The notes beneath the pieces are model-generated. The model had not been told where the DNA came from. It made no database searches and saw nothing but the letters and a program-made list of their open reading frames with translations. Position numbers and translations under genes: made by a program. Below, in pieces: positions 9,821-19,800 of a DNA stretch of 33,817 nucleotides. The DNA lies in the UHGV virus genome UHGV-2163408. The stretch is one strand, 5' to 3'. This DNA comes from a virus. Numbering within the stretch: the stretch's first letter is position 1; every line of letters starts with the position of its first letter.

Positions 9821-11092
9821 TTACGGATTACCGAAGAACTGACCGCCCATGTGAGGGTTAAAGCACACATATGCAGGCAGTAAGTCGAAGCGCATTTTTT
9901 GCACGTTGGCATCGCCATCTGCGTATTTATGTACGCGGATGGAGAAACCTTCATATGTTGCAACAGCAGAATCAATACTGTGCAGTTTCGGCAGTGGGAT
10001 AGAGCCAAGTCCACAGAAGAACTTGTTATAGAACAGGTTTGGCTTCATTGTCTGGCTAGCAGTGCCTACTACAGATACGGCATCGCCTGCCTCTACCTGA
10101 CGACTTACAGAGTTGTACTGCGGGTTTGTAGTGTCATAAATCGGAACACCAGAAAGCGTAACCGTCACATCGCCACTGCTGTCTGAATTAGCATCAGCAG
10201 TAACCGTTGCAGTGAAGCTAATTGGTGTGGCTCCGTTATACAACGCCTGTTTGGTCTGCTGTTGCAGCCAGTAGGTATTGGTGAATTTAACCTGATCACC
10301 AGCTTTCAGAAAACCTGTAACGCTGGCTGTCGCTCCGGTCAATGTTACAGTGAACTGGTATGAGTCTTTAACTGCGTTATAGGTAACAGTTGGCTGTGTT
10401 TTGACTGTCAGTGTTCCGCCAAATGCCCCCTGCGTACGAGAGGCAAGCCCATTAGACATCAGTGCGCGAATGCCGCCAAAATTGGTTGGGATCTGTGCGT
10501 TCTCCCATGCAGTACGAACCAATTGATCTGAAGCATGCAAACCAGTCTGCGCATCAGCAAGTCGCTGTGCAGACCATGGATCCATTACAGCATAGTTTTC
10601 ACCTTCATTAACGCCGAGGTCTTTCAGGAAAGATGCCGTCTGCGCAACATCAGACCATTTGGTGATTGGAGTATTGGGGCTACCAAGTGACAACGCACCG
10701 TTATTCATCATGAAGTGAGCAAGCTCTGTTTCAAGGTCGGTAACGATTCGCTGGCGAACCGGCGCGAGAATTTCTTCCAGTTGGTTAAGCTTGATCGCTT
10801 CCTCCAGTTGCTGATATTCAACAGCAACAGTGATGTAGTTACCTACACGCCCCGTAGCTTTACCTGAGATCAGGTTGTTTTTATTTTGCCCTGAGATATC
10901 ACCAGTGGGAGTACGGAGGGATGAGAATTGATGCGGACGTTTAAAGCTAACGCTATCGCCAGTGCTGGAGTTGATTTCACCTGCCAGCAACTGACGGTCT
11001 ACGGTTTTCGCCAGAACTAAATCTGACATAAAACCCGGAAGGAATTTTTTCAGAACGATTTGACTGACGTTACTGTCGAGATTGTTAGGCAT
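9821..11092 (-). CDS. Major capsid (coat) protein, Sf6/P22-family
   Basis: 423 aa, downstream of scaffold and portal in conserved order; MPNNLDSNVSQIV... resembles the Sf6-type coat as recalled. Confidence 0.8.
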   Translation of the reverse strand: MPNNLDSNVSQIVLKKFLPGFMSDLVLAKTVDRQLLAGEINSSTGDSVSFKRPHQFSSLRTPTGDISGQNKNNLISGKATGRVGNYITVAVEYQQLEEAIKLNQLEEILAPVRQRIVTDLETELAHFMMNNGALSLGSPNTPITKWSDVAQTASFLKDLGVNEGENYAVMDPWSAQRLADAQTGLHASDQLVRTAWENAQIPTNFGGIRALMSNGLASRTQGAFGGTLTVKTQPTVTYNAVKDSYQFTVTLTGATASVTGFLKAGDQVKFTNTYWLQQQTKQALYNGATPISFTATVTADANSDSSGDVTVTLSGVPIYDTTNPQYNSVSRQVEAGDAVSVVGTASQTMKPNLFYNKFFCGLGSIPLPKLHSIDSAVATYEGFSIRVHKYADGDANVQKMRFDLLPAYVCFNPHMGGQFFGNP

Positions 11093-11103
11093 TTATCTTT
11101 TCC

Positions 11104-11988
11104 TTATTCGATTTTTGCGCCGGGGCATAATTTGTTGAATTCGTCTTGTTTCGCATCAGCACCGCCACCACGTACTTCCGGCTCTGGCTTGATGGCTTTC
11201 TTTGGTTTTGGAGCAAGGCTTACCTGTTTGCTAATCTGCCCCAAGAGGAATGCTGCGCGAATTGGATCTGTCTCAGCGGCTACACGCTGGCGTAATTGCT
11301 GGCTCTTACCTAAGCCATAGGCGAGTAGTTCAGAGCCTTCGTCTGCACAGTGAATGATGATTTCCTGCTGAATTGGTGGTAGCTCACTAAGAACAATGGC
11401 TTCCATTTCCTGATAATCTTTCACAGGAAGTTTGGCTGCCCGTTGTTTATGCGCTTCTACCCTTTGCTGGAAACGCTGCTGGTATTCCTGTTGCTGACGT
11501 AGTTTTTGTTGCTGCTGCTGTTCGACACGGCCTTTTTTCTCATGCCAATCAGTCAATGCCTGTTCAAACGCCTGTTCGTCATAATCACACGACTCAAGAG
11601 TCGGTTTTGGTGGAATAGCGTCTGGTTGTGGTTGCTGATGTTCCGCAGGCTTGGCTAATGCTTCCTCAAGCTGGCGGCGCAACTCACGGTTTTCTTTCTG
11701 TGTTTCTTTGAATCCTTTGCGAAGATCTTTCACCCATTGCGGTGCAGGTTGCCCGTCAATGTGATCATCATCGTCAGCGTTAAGCTGAATTTCTTCATCA
11801 CCAATACGCAAGGCGTAATCTTCTGGTGTCTCTTCGGTTTTTTCAGGATCAGTTGCCATCTCTTTTCCGTTGTCATCCTGGCTTTCATTCTCAGGCTGTG
11901 ACTCTGTTTGGATGATGGTTTCTTCTGCATTTTCCTGTGTTTCAGACAGGTCAATAACCTGACCGTCGATGATCAGTTCGTTTTCCAT
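11104..11988 (-). CDS. Scaffolding protein
   Basis: 294 aa, highly acidic and Gln/Glu-rich with a basic helical C-terminus; between portal and coat. Confidence 0.8.
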   Translation of the reverse strand: MENELIIDGQVIDLSETQENAEETIIQTESQPENESQDDNGKEMATDPEKTEETPEDYALRIGDEEIQLNADDDDHIDGQPAPQWVKDLRKGFKETQKENRELRRQLEEALAKPAEHQQPQPDAIPPKPTLESCDYDEQAFEQALTDWHEKKGRVEQQQQQKLRQQQEYQQRFQQRVEAHKQRAAKLPVKDYQEMEAIVLSELPPIQQEIIIHCADEGSELLAYGLGKSQQLRQRVAAETDPIRAAFLLGQISKQVSLAPKPKKAIKPEPEVRGGGADAKQDEFNKLCPGAKIE

Positions 11989-12001
11989 TGATTACTCCTG
12001 G

Positions 12002-14128
12002 TTAACTCGGCATTAAGTCTGCCGGTGACTGTGGTGGTGACTGGAATTGCTGTTGTTGTGACTCGGCGACATCTTTCAGAAGGCGTATTGCCTCCATCAC
12101 TGCTTTGTCATCGATGTTTCTGGCTTGAGCCAGTTTATAGACAGTGTTTGCCTGACTCTCCATCGCATCCTGCTGGGCAGTAAATGCTTTGATTTGAGTT
12201 TGAGCAGTTTCGTTAGTTGCTTTTTGCGCTTCTGCCTGCGCTGCTACCATTTGCGCCTGAGCGAGAACCATTTCAGGATTTGGCTGGCTTTGTGCTGCCA
12301 TTTGCGCCTGTTGAACAATCTGCTGCTCTTTCTCATTGCGTGGTTTTGCAATACCAGATATCAGCAGTTGGTTTCGGTTGTACTCTTTGAAGTCATCAAG
12401 GCCTTCGCCATCGATATTGTCCAGAATAATACCCTGAATTGCCTGGCGCATTGGGTCTGTTGGAAGCATAGAGCTAAGGACATTTGTCAGTACAGAAACC
12501 GTTGCATCACGTCGTGCTGTGTAGCTTGGTCCAACATCAACCGTCACATCGTATCGACCGACAGAAAGGTCATTTAACGCAACAACAGCCCCTGTTTGCC
12601 TGTCAACAACCTGTGCGCTCAGGACAGCGATATCATCACTTCCATCTTCGTTAACGATGCGCACTTCACGTTCTGAACCGTACACTTCACGCGCCATTGA
12701 CAGCCATACTTCACCAGCGCGTTTAAGACTTTTCGCCATATTGTCCAGATAGATAAACGAAGCCATATCTGCTCTGTTCATCAAGTTGTTAACCGTTTCC
12801 TGAGCAATATTACTTGGCATCTGCTGCATGGCCTGACTGCCGCCTGTAACCTCCTGAATATCTGCACTGGTTTGCTGTAGTAATGCAGCCAATGCCTGAT
12901 TCATAACCGCAGGCTGTGTATATCCTGCCGGGGTAGCTCCAGCGATAATGTTGCCAGATTTATCTCTCACTTCGCGCAACGGCAAGAACGCTGGGCGTTT
13001 CTTGTTGCGAGCCTCCCAGTGCTTCTCAAGTCCACGAATTTGCTCCATGCCAACTATAGGGATCTGACCGGGGTCTTGCGCTGCAGTATCAGCCAGCATT
13101 GAAACCTGAAGGTTGTACAAACGCTGTGGATCCATTGCTTTTGCAATGTGCCCTTCGACACGCTCAATGTCATCAATGAACCAGCGTTTTCCATAAACCG
13201 GGATGAGGGGGATATGCTCACCAGGAATACGTCGAGGTTTCTCAAGGAAACCATCACCATCCACTACGGATACATACACACGACGGCGCTTCACTGAGCG
13301 CCTTGCCACTTCCTGAAATCCAGCTATTGCCAGTTCATCTTCAATATCTTCAACCTGATCACTGTCGTATGTTGCAATCTCTCCAGTGATTGGATGTCGA
13401 TAACTGATGACGTCAACAGACTCTTTACGAACTTCGTAATACTTCGCTATGTAAATAACATCTGCACCAAACCAGTTATATTCCCAACTGGTCATAGACG
13501 TTACATCCAGAGAAGTAGGAGGTTTCTTTCCGTATTCAGCCTCATATTTTTCAGGTGACAACGAATACATACAGAACGCCCACAACGCGTCAGATTTGTC
13601 GTACTTCTTAGCGTCAGGGTCAAACCACACAGAGCGCGACGGGTCGTATATTGGTTCAATAGCAATACGCTGACGATCGTCCATGGGGTCGTATTCATTG
13701 ACCAGCATCGACGTCAAACGGAAGCAACCGAAACCACCAGTAGCAGCGTCGTCAAATGCATTATCGCAAGCCTCACCGCCATCAGTTTCTTCGTAGTCAG
13801 CACGGAACAGACCATTTAATTTATTGGCTAACTCTTCGCTTGCCTCTCTGTCACCAGGACGAAACTTAACGGTGATTCTGTTATTGCGGTATTCTGCAAT
13901 GATGCGGTTAAGTTCAGTTGCTACCTTATTGATTTCAAACTTAGGATACTTCTCGAACTGCTCATCAAGCTTAGTTCCAGCCGCCGTTGCTCCTTCCCAT
14001 TGACCTCCTGGGACACGAGCAAACCTCGTAGCTTCAATGCACTTTTCGCGCACTTCCTTCTGTGGAGAATAGGCGCGGTCAAACCTGAGCATGATCCGCT
14101 CATGTTTTTTCTCTAATGTCTCTGCCAT
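12002..14128 (-). CDS. Portal protein
   Basis: ORF 12002-14200; preferred start ATG at 14128 (MAETLEKKHERIM...), 4 nt after the terminase stop, giving 708 aa; immediately downstream of large terminase. Confidence 0.85.
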   Translation of the reverse strand: MAETLEKKHERIMLRFDRAYSPQKEVREKCIEATRFARVPGGQWEGATAAGTKLDEQFEKYPKFEINKVATELNRIIAEYRNNRITVKFRPGDREASEELANKLNGLFRADYEETDGGEACDNAFDDAATGGFGCFRLTSMLVNEYDPMDDRQRIAIEPIYDPSRSVWFDPDAKKYDKSDALWAFCMYSLSPEKYEAEYGKKPPTSLDVTSMTSWEYNWFGADVIYIAKYYEVRKESVDVISYRHPITGEIATYDSDQVEDIEDELAIAGFQEVARRSVKRRRVYVSVVDGDGFLEKPRRIPGEHIPLIPVYGKRWFIDDIERVEGHIAKAMDPQRLYNLQVSMLADTAAQDPGQIPIVGMEQIRGLEKHWEARNKKRPAFLPLREVRDKSGNIIAGATPAGYTQPAVMNQALAALLQQTSADIQEVTGGSQAMQQMPSNIAQETVNNLMNRADMASFIYLDNMAKSLKRAGEVWLSMAREVYGSEREVRIVNEDGSDDIAVLSAQVVDRQTGAVVALNDLSVGRYDVTVDVGPSYTARRDATVSVLTNVLSSMLPTDPMRQAIQGIILDNIDGEGLDDFKEYNRNQLLISGIAKPRNEKEQQIVQQAQMAAQSQPNPEMVLAQAQMVAAQAEAQKATNETAQTQIKAFTAQQDAMESQANTVYKLAQARNIDDKAVMEAIRLLKDVAESQQQQFQSPPQSPADLMPS

Positions 14129-14130
14129 GT

Positions 14131-15543
14131 TTACCAACCGGAGGATGAGGGAACGTATATTTCTGTTTCTTCGCGGACCAATGCCGGGCAATGCATACAC
14201 ATCATCAGCGCATCAGCCAGGTTAGGAGATGGAATACCGAGCTTCTGCTTCATTTCGACCTTAGTCATAAGCTCCAGCTTCCCGTTATTATTGAATTTGC
14301 GCTGAATCTGCGTCAGTTCTGCAAACAGCTTCTCCAGCATCTTCTCGCCTATCGCTTCTTTGTCGAAACTCAGCATGTCGTCGGGGTCTGCATACTCACC
14401 GTGAACAACCGCCCGATATGTCAGATACAGCCTGTCAGCCAGCGCGTAATAGAATTGTGCTCGCTTATTGCGGAACACATCGCCAATAGTGCGAACGTTG
14501 TCACCCTGTACGACTTCATCAGCCCATGCTCCGGCTTGATACGGTGCATCTTCATCGAATGGCGATTCGCTGCCCTTGAACATCGTGGCGGTGATTTTCT
14601 TGCCGGAAAACGCTTCCGTTGTCTGTCTGCGTAGCCCGGCACCAACACCATCACCATCCCACAGGTAATGGTCAGCGCCGTCTTCAATCGCCAGCGAAGT
14701 AGCCCAGTCAGCACCCTCGTTGATGTCCATCAGCAGACCTTCGGCAATGCGCTTAACTACCGAACCGTGACGCGATGCATAACCTTTAGCATCTGGCCCT
14801 GTATCTGATGGGTCATGCGCAGAGACAACAGCGCCTTTCGCTTTCCATCCGAGTTTCTTGTGCGCATCGGTTGCGGCTTCAAGCCATTCACGTTTGATAA
14901 TTGCCATATCACTTGCGCTCACTGGCTCACCAAGCCAGATGTGACGATACAGTGTCGGATTTCTGCGTTTACACTCTTCCATCTCCAGACGGAGAACTTC
15001 AGGAAAGTGCGGGTTGTCGGTGTAGTTCACCGTCAACAGGCAAATATCATCAGGAGGATTTACGACGAATCGCTGATAGGTATCGTCGAGTATGTTCTTC
15101 GGGTTAAAGCTCACCCATATTTCAGAGAACGGCTTACGGATGGTTGGTATCAGGATATCCCATGATTCCTTCGTTACCGCTTCCGCTTCTTCCACCCAGC
15201 AGATATCAATACCTTCGAGCGATTTAATCTTCGTCGGGTTGTTTTTGATGCCGTAGAACATGAATTCAGCATTCGTTCCGAGATGACGAATCATGGAACG
15301 CTGAATTTCAAACTCAGCCGTATACCCTTCACGCTCTATGGTGTCTTCAAGCAGCCGGATTACCGAATCGCTGATACTGTTTTGCAGTTCACGAGCGCAG
15401 AGAATACGCACTGGCTGCCGACGCGCCGCTTCAACAAGCAGTCTCGCAATTGCCCATGATTTACCGCTACCTCGACCGCCTTTGGCGACTTTGTAGCGAT
15501 GCGCCTCAATGAACGGTTCAAAGATAGGATTAATCGAGGTCAT
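14131..15543 (-). CDS. Terminase large subunit
   Basis: 470 aa; Walker A KVAKGGRGSGKS near the N-terminus; C-terminal nuclease-like region; length matches the Sf6-type terminase. Confidence 0.9.
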   Translation of the reverse strand: MTSINPIFEPFIEAHRYKVAKGGRGSGKSWAIARLLVEAARRQPVRILCARELQNSISDSVIRLLEDTIEREGYTAEFEIQRSMIRHLGTNAEFMFYGIKNNPTKIKSLEGIDICWVEEAEAVTKESWDILIPTIRKPFSEIWVSFNPKNILDDTYQRFVVNPPDDICLLTVNYTDNPHFPEVLRLEMEECKRRNPTLYRHIWLGEPVSASDMAIIKREWLEAATDAHKKLGWKAKGAVVSAHDPSDTGPDAKGYASRHGSVVKRIAEGLLMDINEGADWATSLAIEDGADHYLWDGDGVGAGLRRQTTEAFSGKKITATMFKGSESPFDEDAPYQAGAWADEVVQGDNVRTIGDVFRNKRAQFYYALADRLYLTYRAVVHGEYADPDDMLSFDKEAIGEKMLEKLFAELTQIQRKFNNNGKLELMTKVEMKQKLGIPSPNLADALMMCMHCPALVREETEIYVPSSSGW

Positions 15544-15980
15544 TTTCCGAATAGAGTACTCATCGGTGATGTTTCAATCTGGATTGCGCCGCCGTCTTTG
15601 CCTGTTAGCTCGTGATCAACCTTGTCGCGCCATTTATCCTTCTGTCGGTTCTTAAGCCAGAAGATGGCAGCTGTTGTATCAGGCGGGTAATACTTCTCAA
15701 GAGGAGTTTCGACAATTCTGTTTTCAATAACACGAATATCGATGTCTGGAGCCACGAAGCCCATAGCGCGTTGATAAAGACGGTCACTAACTTCTGCATC
15801 AGCGACGGCCTTACCCTTTTTTATGGACTCCGAAAACTCAGGATAATCAAGCTTCCACTTGTTAATAGTTGACTCACTGACTTCGAAGAAATCAGCAAGC
15901 TCTGCATCGGTGTAGCCCAGCAAGCACAGTTTGCGTGCCTGTTCGGCATACGCCTCTTGATACTTTGTTGGGCGCGCCAT
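15540..15980 (-). CDS. Terminase small subunit
   Basis: 146 aa, helix-turn-helix-like N-terminus (LGYTDAELADFFEVSESTINKW); stop overlaps the large-terminase start. Confidence 0.75.
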   Translation of the reverse strand: MARPTKYQEAYAEQARKLCLLGYTDAELADFFEVSESTINKWKLDYPEFSESIKKGKAVADAEVSDRLYQRAMGFVAPDIDIRVIENRIVETPLEKYYPPDTTAAIFWLKNRQKDKWRDKVDHELTGKDGGAIQIETSPMSTLFGK

Positions 15981-15982
15981 GT

Positions 15983-16225
15983 TTATGCTCCGGTGGTGAA
16001 CAGGTATAACGCTTCCTTCGATTTACGCACCGCTTCGATAGTGCGGGTAGTGATATCTGAATTAGCGCCGCCTGACTGGAAGTGAATTTTGAATAGCTCA
16101 AGCTTCAGTTCGTCAGTGCCAATGAACTGAAATGCTTCCTCTGCGGCTGCGTTCTGGTTCATGACCAGCTTGTAAATCTCTAACTGGAATTTCTGTTCTT
16201 CAGTCATGGGAATAATCTCTGCCAT
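15983..16225 (-). CDS. Hypothetical protein (position of P22 orf80)
   Basis: 80-aa ORF between rha and small terminase, as in P22 gene order. Confidence 0.45.
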   Translation of the reverse strand: MAEIIPMTEEQKFQLEIYKLVMNQNAAAEEAFQFIGTDELKLELFKIHFQSGGANSDITTRTIEAVRKSKEALYLFTTGA

Positions 16226-16452
16226 TGTTGGCTCCGTTTATCCGTTAAAAGGGATATCAGTTAAGTTATCCCGTGTAGGGTATAAGCCATTGTCGAGACC
16301 ACTCATTGAATGGTCTCTGCAATAACCGATGTCTTTCCATCAGTACGCCACCACAAAGAATCTTTTTTGCCATAAGGCAGGAGGTTCATCTTTCAGTGGC
16401 TGCCAGTGTTATTTCCCCACTTTCTGGCTTGGGTTGTTTCGCTGTACTGCCG

Positions 16453-16995
16453 TTAATTGGTGAGTCCGGGGATTACGGTTTGCCCGTGCTGTTCAAGGCG
16501 TTCAATTCTCGCCAGTAGCTGAGGCTTCTTAATTTTTCCCCAGCGATTAAGCAGGCGGCCTGACATGCTGGCAACATCCTTCTCTTTCATGTACTCCAGC
16601 ATTACGGCATTTCTCTCTTCTTCAAATTGACGATGACCAACCTGAAGCATGGCGTACATCCAGTTGAATGCGTTGATGTAAGCAATTTTGATACGCATTG
16701 CTTCTTTTTTGGTGTAGGACATAACCAAAAGCATCAACCCATCCTTGCGGAGACGGTAGAATTTTTGCGGCTTACCATTCTGTAACTCATTGTTTTTATA
16801 GCAAAGCTCAAAGTTGAGCTTTGTATCAAACTCAGGAGGGCAAGCTTCTATGGTTCGTTCAATGTCACGAACCACGTTCTTCGGCAGCTTTCCAAATGCT
16901 TTTGCCACCATAAAAGAATCTGTAACCGGATCGTTGTTTGCTACAAAAATTAGGTCTCTGAAATCTATATCGTTAACAACGGTTGGGTAGTTCAT
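16453..16995 (-). CDS. rha: Phage regulatory protein Rha
   Basis: ORF 16453-17064; preferred start ATG at 16995 (MNYPTVVNDIDFRDLIF...), 180 aa; position between lysis genes and terminase as in P22. Confidence 0.7.
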   Translation of the reverse strand: MNYPTVVNDIDFRDLIFVANNDPVTDSFMVAKAFGKLPKNVVRDIERTIEACPPEFDTKLNFELCYKNNELQNGKPQKFYRLRKDGLMLLVMSYTKKEAMRIKIAYINAFNWMYAMLQVGHRQFEEERNAVMLEYMKEKDVASMSGRLLNRWGKIKKPQLLARIERLEQHGQTVIPGLTN

Positions 16996-17140
16996 TGCGT
17001 CTTTACCTTTTAGAAAGATGAGCCTGTTCGCACAGAAAAGCCGCCCCGAGATGGTCGCCACCATATACGGCAGTTCTCAGGCTCAGCTTTCTGAAAGACT
17101 CGGGATTGTTACGCGCTGCGATGCGCGGTTTACTGCAGAT

Positions 17141-17166
17141 ATAAAAAAGCCCCGCGAATGCGAGGC
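17141..17166 (-). terminator. Rho-independent terminator downstream of Rz
   Basis: Minus strand GCCTCGC-attc-GCGGGGC followed by TTTTTTAT. Confidence 0.55.
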
Positions 17167-17340
17167 TAAATCCTGGTATTTGTAATGACTGGCTCTTATC
17201 TCAACGCAGCCCCTTACCGCGCGCCAGATGCTCAATATCAAGCATCAGCAATGAGATGTTTAATCTGGATTCACTCCAGAAGTGATCACCACCCTGTCTA
17301 CAGAGCCAGATGTGAAGGATGATGAGTAAAATTATCGCTA

Positions 17341-17778
17341 TCATCGAAGGCATTGCGTCCTGATGTACTCCTGCAGGTAGTTAACCTGCGCGGTTATCCT
17401 GTCGATTCCACTTCGGAGACGGTAATAATTGAGTTCAGCATCTGCTGTAAGTCTTGGGTTTTCTCCATCGCCCATGCTGCTGGCTCCGGTCGTTGACTTT
17501 GCACAGGTGGCGGCGACTTGCAGGCGCTTACGCCCAGCAGAAACATCAGCACGGAGACTTTCGATAGTCGCGTTAGCATCAGCAAGCTCCTTTGTGTATC
17601 TTGCGTCGAGTTCTGCTACATCACGTTGACGCTTCCGCATATCAGCGATGATGGATGTGGCTTTATCGCGCTGCTCTTTGTAGGCGATTGCATTATCACG
17701 GTAATGATTAACAGCCCATGACAGGCAGACGATGATGCAAATAATCAGAGCGGAGATAATCGCGGTGACTCTGCTCAT
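17341..17778 (-). CDS. Rz: Rz i-spanin
   Basis: 145 aa; [30 protein letters not shown]... near-identical to lambda Rz at the N-terminus as recalled. Confidence 0.9.
   Translation of the reverse strand: MSRVTAIISALIICIIVCLSWAVNHYRDNAIAYKEQRDKATSIIADMRKRQRDVAELDARYTKELADANATIESLRADVSAGRKRLQVAATCAKSTTGASSMGDGENPRLTADAELNYYRLRSGIDRITAQVNYLQEYIRTQCLR
17394..17585 (-). CDS. Rz1: Rz1 o-spanin lipoprotein, embedded in Rz in the +1 frame
   Basis: 63 aa; lipobox-like LLGVSAC then Pro-rich [16 protein letters not shown]; entirely inside Rz in a different frame, as in lambda. Confidence 0.8.
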   Translation of the reverse strand: MLMLTRLSKVSVLMFLLGVSACKSPPPVQSQRPEPAAWAMEKTQDLQQMLNSIITVSEVESTG

Positions 17779-18251
17779 ACCTCAATCTCTCTGACCGTTC
17801 CGCCAGCCTCTTTGAATTTTGCAATCAGGTTGTCAGCCTTATGCTCGAACTGACCATAACCAGCCCCCGGAAGTGAAGCCCAGATATTGCTGCAACGGTC
17901 GATTGCCTGACGAATATCACCGCGATCAATCATCGGTAAAGCGCCACGCTCTTTAATCTGTTGCAGTGCCACAGCGTCCTGGCTTTTCGGAGAGAAGTCT
18001 TTCAGGCCAAGCTGCTTACGATAGGCATCCCACCAACGGGAAAGAAGCTGGTAACGTCCGGCTGCTGTTGATTTGAGTTTGGGGTTTAGCGTGACAAGTT
18101 TGCGAGGGTGATCGGAGTAATCAGTGAATAGCTCTCCGCCTACAATGACGTCATAACCATGATTTCTGGTTTTCTGACGTCCGTTATCAGTTCCCTCTGA
18201 CCACGCCAGCATATCGAGGAACGCCTTACGTTGATTATTGATTTCCACCAT
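17775..18251 (-). CDS. R: Endolysin (lambda R-type lytic transglycosylase)
   Basis: 158 aa; [35 protein letters not shown]... essentially identical to lambda R as recalled. Confidence 0.95.
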   Translation of the reverse strand: MVEINNQRKAFLDMLAWSEGTDNGRQKTRNHGYDVIVGGELFTDYSDHPRKLVTLNPKLKSTAAGRYQLLSRWWDAYRKQLGLKDFSPKSQDAVALQQIKERGALPMIDRGDIRQAIDRCSNIWASLPGAGYGQFEHKADNLIAKFKEAGGTVREIEV

Positions 18252-18558
18252 CTTCTACTCCGGCTTTTTTAGCAGCGAAGCGTTTGATAAGCGAACCAAT
18301 CGAGTCAGTACCGATGTAGCCGATAAACACGCTCGTTATATAAGCGAGATTGCTACTTAGTCCGGCGAAGTCGAGAAGGTCACGAATGAACCAGGCGATA
18401 ATGGCGCACATCGTTGCGTCGATTACTGTTTTTGTAAACGCACCGCCATTATATCTGCCGCGAAGGTACGCCATTGCAAACGCAAGGATTGCCCCGATGC
18501 CTTGTTCCTTTGCCGCGAGAATGGCGGCTAACAGGTCATGTTTTTCTGGCATCTTCAT
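18235..18558 (-). CDS. S: Holin/antiholin S (dual-start M-K-M)
   Basis: 107 aa; [39 protein letters not shown]... matches lambda S107/S105. Confidence 0.95.
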   Translation of the reverse strand: MKMPEKHDLLAAILAAKEQGIGAILAFAMAYLRGRYNGGAFTKTVIDATMCAIIAWFIRDLLDFAGLSSNLAYITSVFIGYIGTDSIGSLIKRFAAKKAGVEDGGNQ

Positions 18559-18850
18559 GTCTTACCCCCAATAAGGGGATTTGCTCTATTTAATTAGGAA
18601 TAAGGTCGATTACTGATAGAACAAATCCAGGCTACTGTGTTTAGTAATCAGATTTGTTCGTGACCGATATGCACGGGCAAAACGGCATGAGGTTGTTAGC
18701 GCAACCTCCTGCCACCCGATTTCACGAAGCCAGCCATTGAGCTGGTTTTCTTTTATGCAAAGCACACCGCACCGTAGCCACAGCGGATAAGGTGATTATT
18801 TTGGTCTGTCTGGTATTTGGTTTGATGTGCTTTCAGAAAGGCCGTGCTTA

Positions 18851-18890
18851 AAACGCAAAAAGCCCCGAGCTATTAACTCAGGGCTTTATT
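18851..18890 (-). terminator. tR-prime-like terminator of the short pR-prime transcript
   Basis: Minus strand AGCCCTGAG-ttaatag-CTCGGGGCT followed by TTTTTGCGTTTT. Confidence 0.55.
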
Positions 18891-18912
18891 TAACGAGTGC
18901 ATTTATCCATCG

Positions 18913-18950
18913 TTGAGTCAAATTTACCCAACTTTATTCAAAAAGTCAAT
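18913..18950 (-). promoter_or_regulatory. Late promoter pR-prime with overlapping qut region
   Basis: Minus-strand reading TTGACTTTTTGAATAAAGTTGGGTAAATTTGACTC matches the lambda pR-prime region as recalled; lies between Q and S. Confidence 0.65.
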
Positions 18951-18991
18951 ATCATGCCGTTAATATGTTGCCATCCGTGGCAATCATGCTG

Positions 18992-19615
18992 CTAACGTGT
19001 GACCGCATTCAAAATGTTGTCTGCGATTGACTCTTCTTTGTGGCATTGCACCACCAGAGCGTCATACAGCGGCTTAACAGTGCGTGACCAGGTGGGTTGA
19101 GTAAGATTTGGGATTAGCATCGTTACAGCGCGATATGCGGCGCTTGCTGGCATCCTTGAATAGCCGACGCCTTTGCATCTTCCGCATTCTTTCTCAACAA
19201 CTCTCCCCCACAGTTCTGTTTTGGCTATATCAACCGCACGGCCTGTACCGTGGCAATCTCTGCATCTTGCGCCCGGCGTCGCGGCACTACGGCAATAATC
19301 CGCATAAGCGAATGTTGCGAGCACTTGCAGTACCTTTGCCTTAGTATTTCCTTCGAGCTTTGCCACACCACGGTATTTCCCCGATACCTTGTGTGCAAAT
19401 TGCATCAGATAGTTGATAGCCTTTTGTTTGTCGTTCTGGCTGAGTTCATGCTTACCGCAGAATGCAGCCATTCCGAATCCGGCTTGTGATTGCGCCATCC
19501 CCATAGCAGCCATCACATCAGTACCGGAAAGAGAGTCAGAAGCCGTAGCCCGTGGTGAGTCGCTCATCATCGGGCTTTTTGGCGAATGAAATTTAGCTAC
19601 GCTTTCGAGTCTCAT
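18992..19615 (-). CDS. Q: Late gene antiterminator Q
   Basis: 207 aa; MRLESVAKFHSPKSPMMSDSPRATASDSL... matches lambda Q as recalled. Confidence 0.95.
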   Translation of the reverse strand: MRLESVAKFHSPKSPMMSDSPRATASDSLSGTDVMAAMGMAQSQAGFGMAAFCGKHELSQNDKQKAINYLMQFAHKVSGKYRGVAKLEGNTKAKVLQVLATFAYADYCRSAATPGARCRDCHGTGRAVDIAKTELWGRVVEKECGRCKGVGYSRMPASAAYRAVTMLIPNLTQPTWSRTVKPLYDALVVQCHKEESIADNILNAVTR

Positions 19616-19800
19616 GGCCTTCCCCTTTTGCCCTGTTTGACCATCAGGACGCCGTTAACTATTACGTGACGCTCGCCTTTGCTGTCTCGGTTGTACTTGA
19701 GCACTGTTCCTCTTGCGCAGGAAAGCATCCTCGCCACTTCGGTCTGATTGCCTCGTGTCTGGATAAGAAGCTCTGGTATCGTTTGAATTGTGGCGTTCAT
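19612..19800 (-). CDS. ninH: NinH-like small DNA-binding protein
   Basis: 62 aa; TIPELLIQTRGNQTEVARMLSCARGTVLKY resembles lambda NinH (Fis-like helix-turn-helix). Confidence 0.7.
   Translation of the reverse strand: MNATIQTIPELLIQTRGNQTEVARMLSCARGTVLKYNRDSKGERHVIVNGVLMVKQGKRGRP

Noticed and set aside
12125-12577. 150-aa plus-strand ORF
   Set aside because: Antisense to the portal gene; Cys/Leu-rich, no ribosome-binding site.
14191-14634. 147-aa plus-strand ORF
   Set aside because: Antisense to the large terminase gene; shadow ORF.
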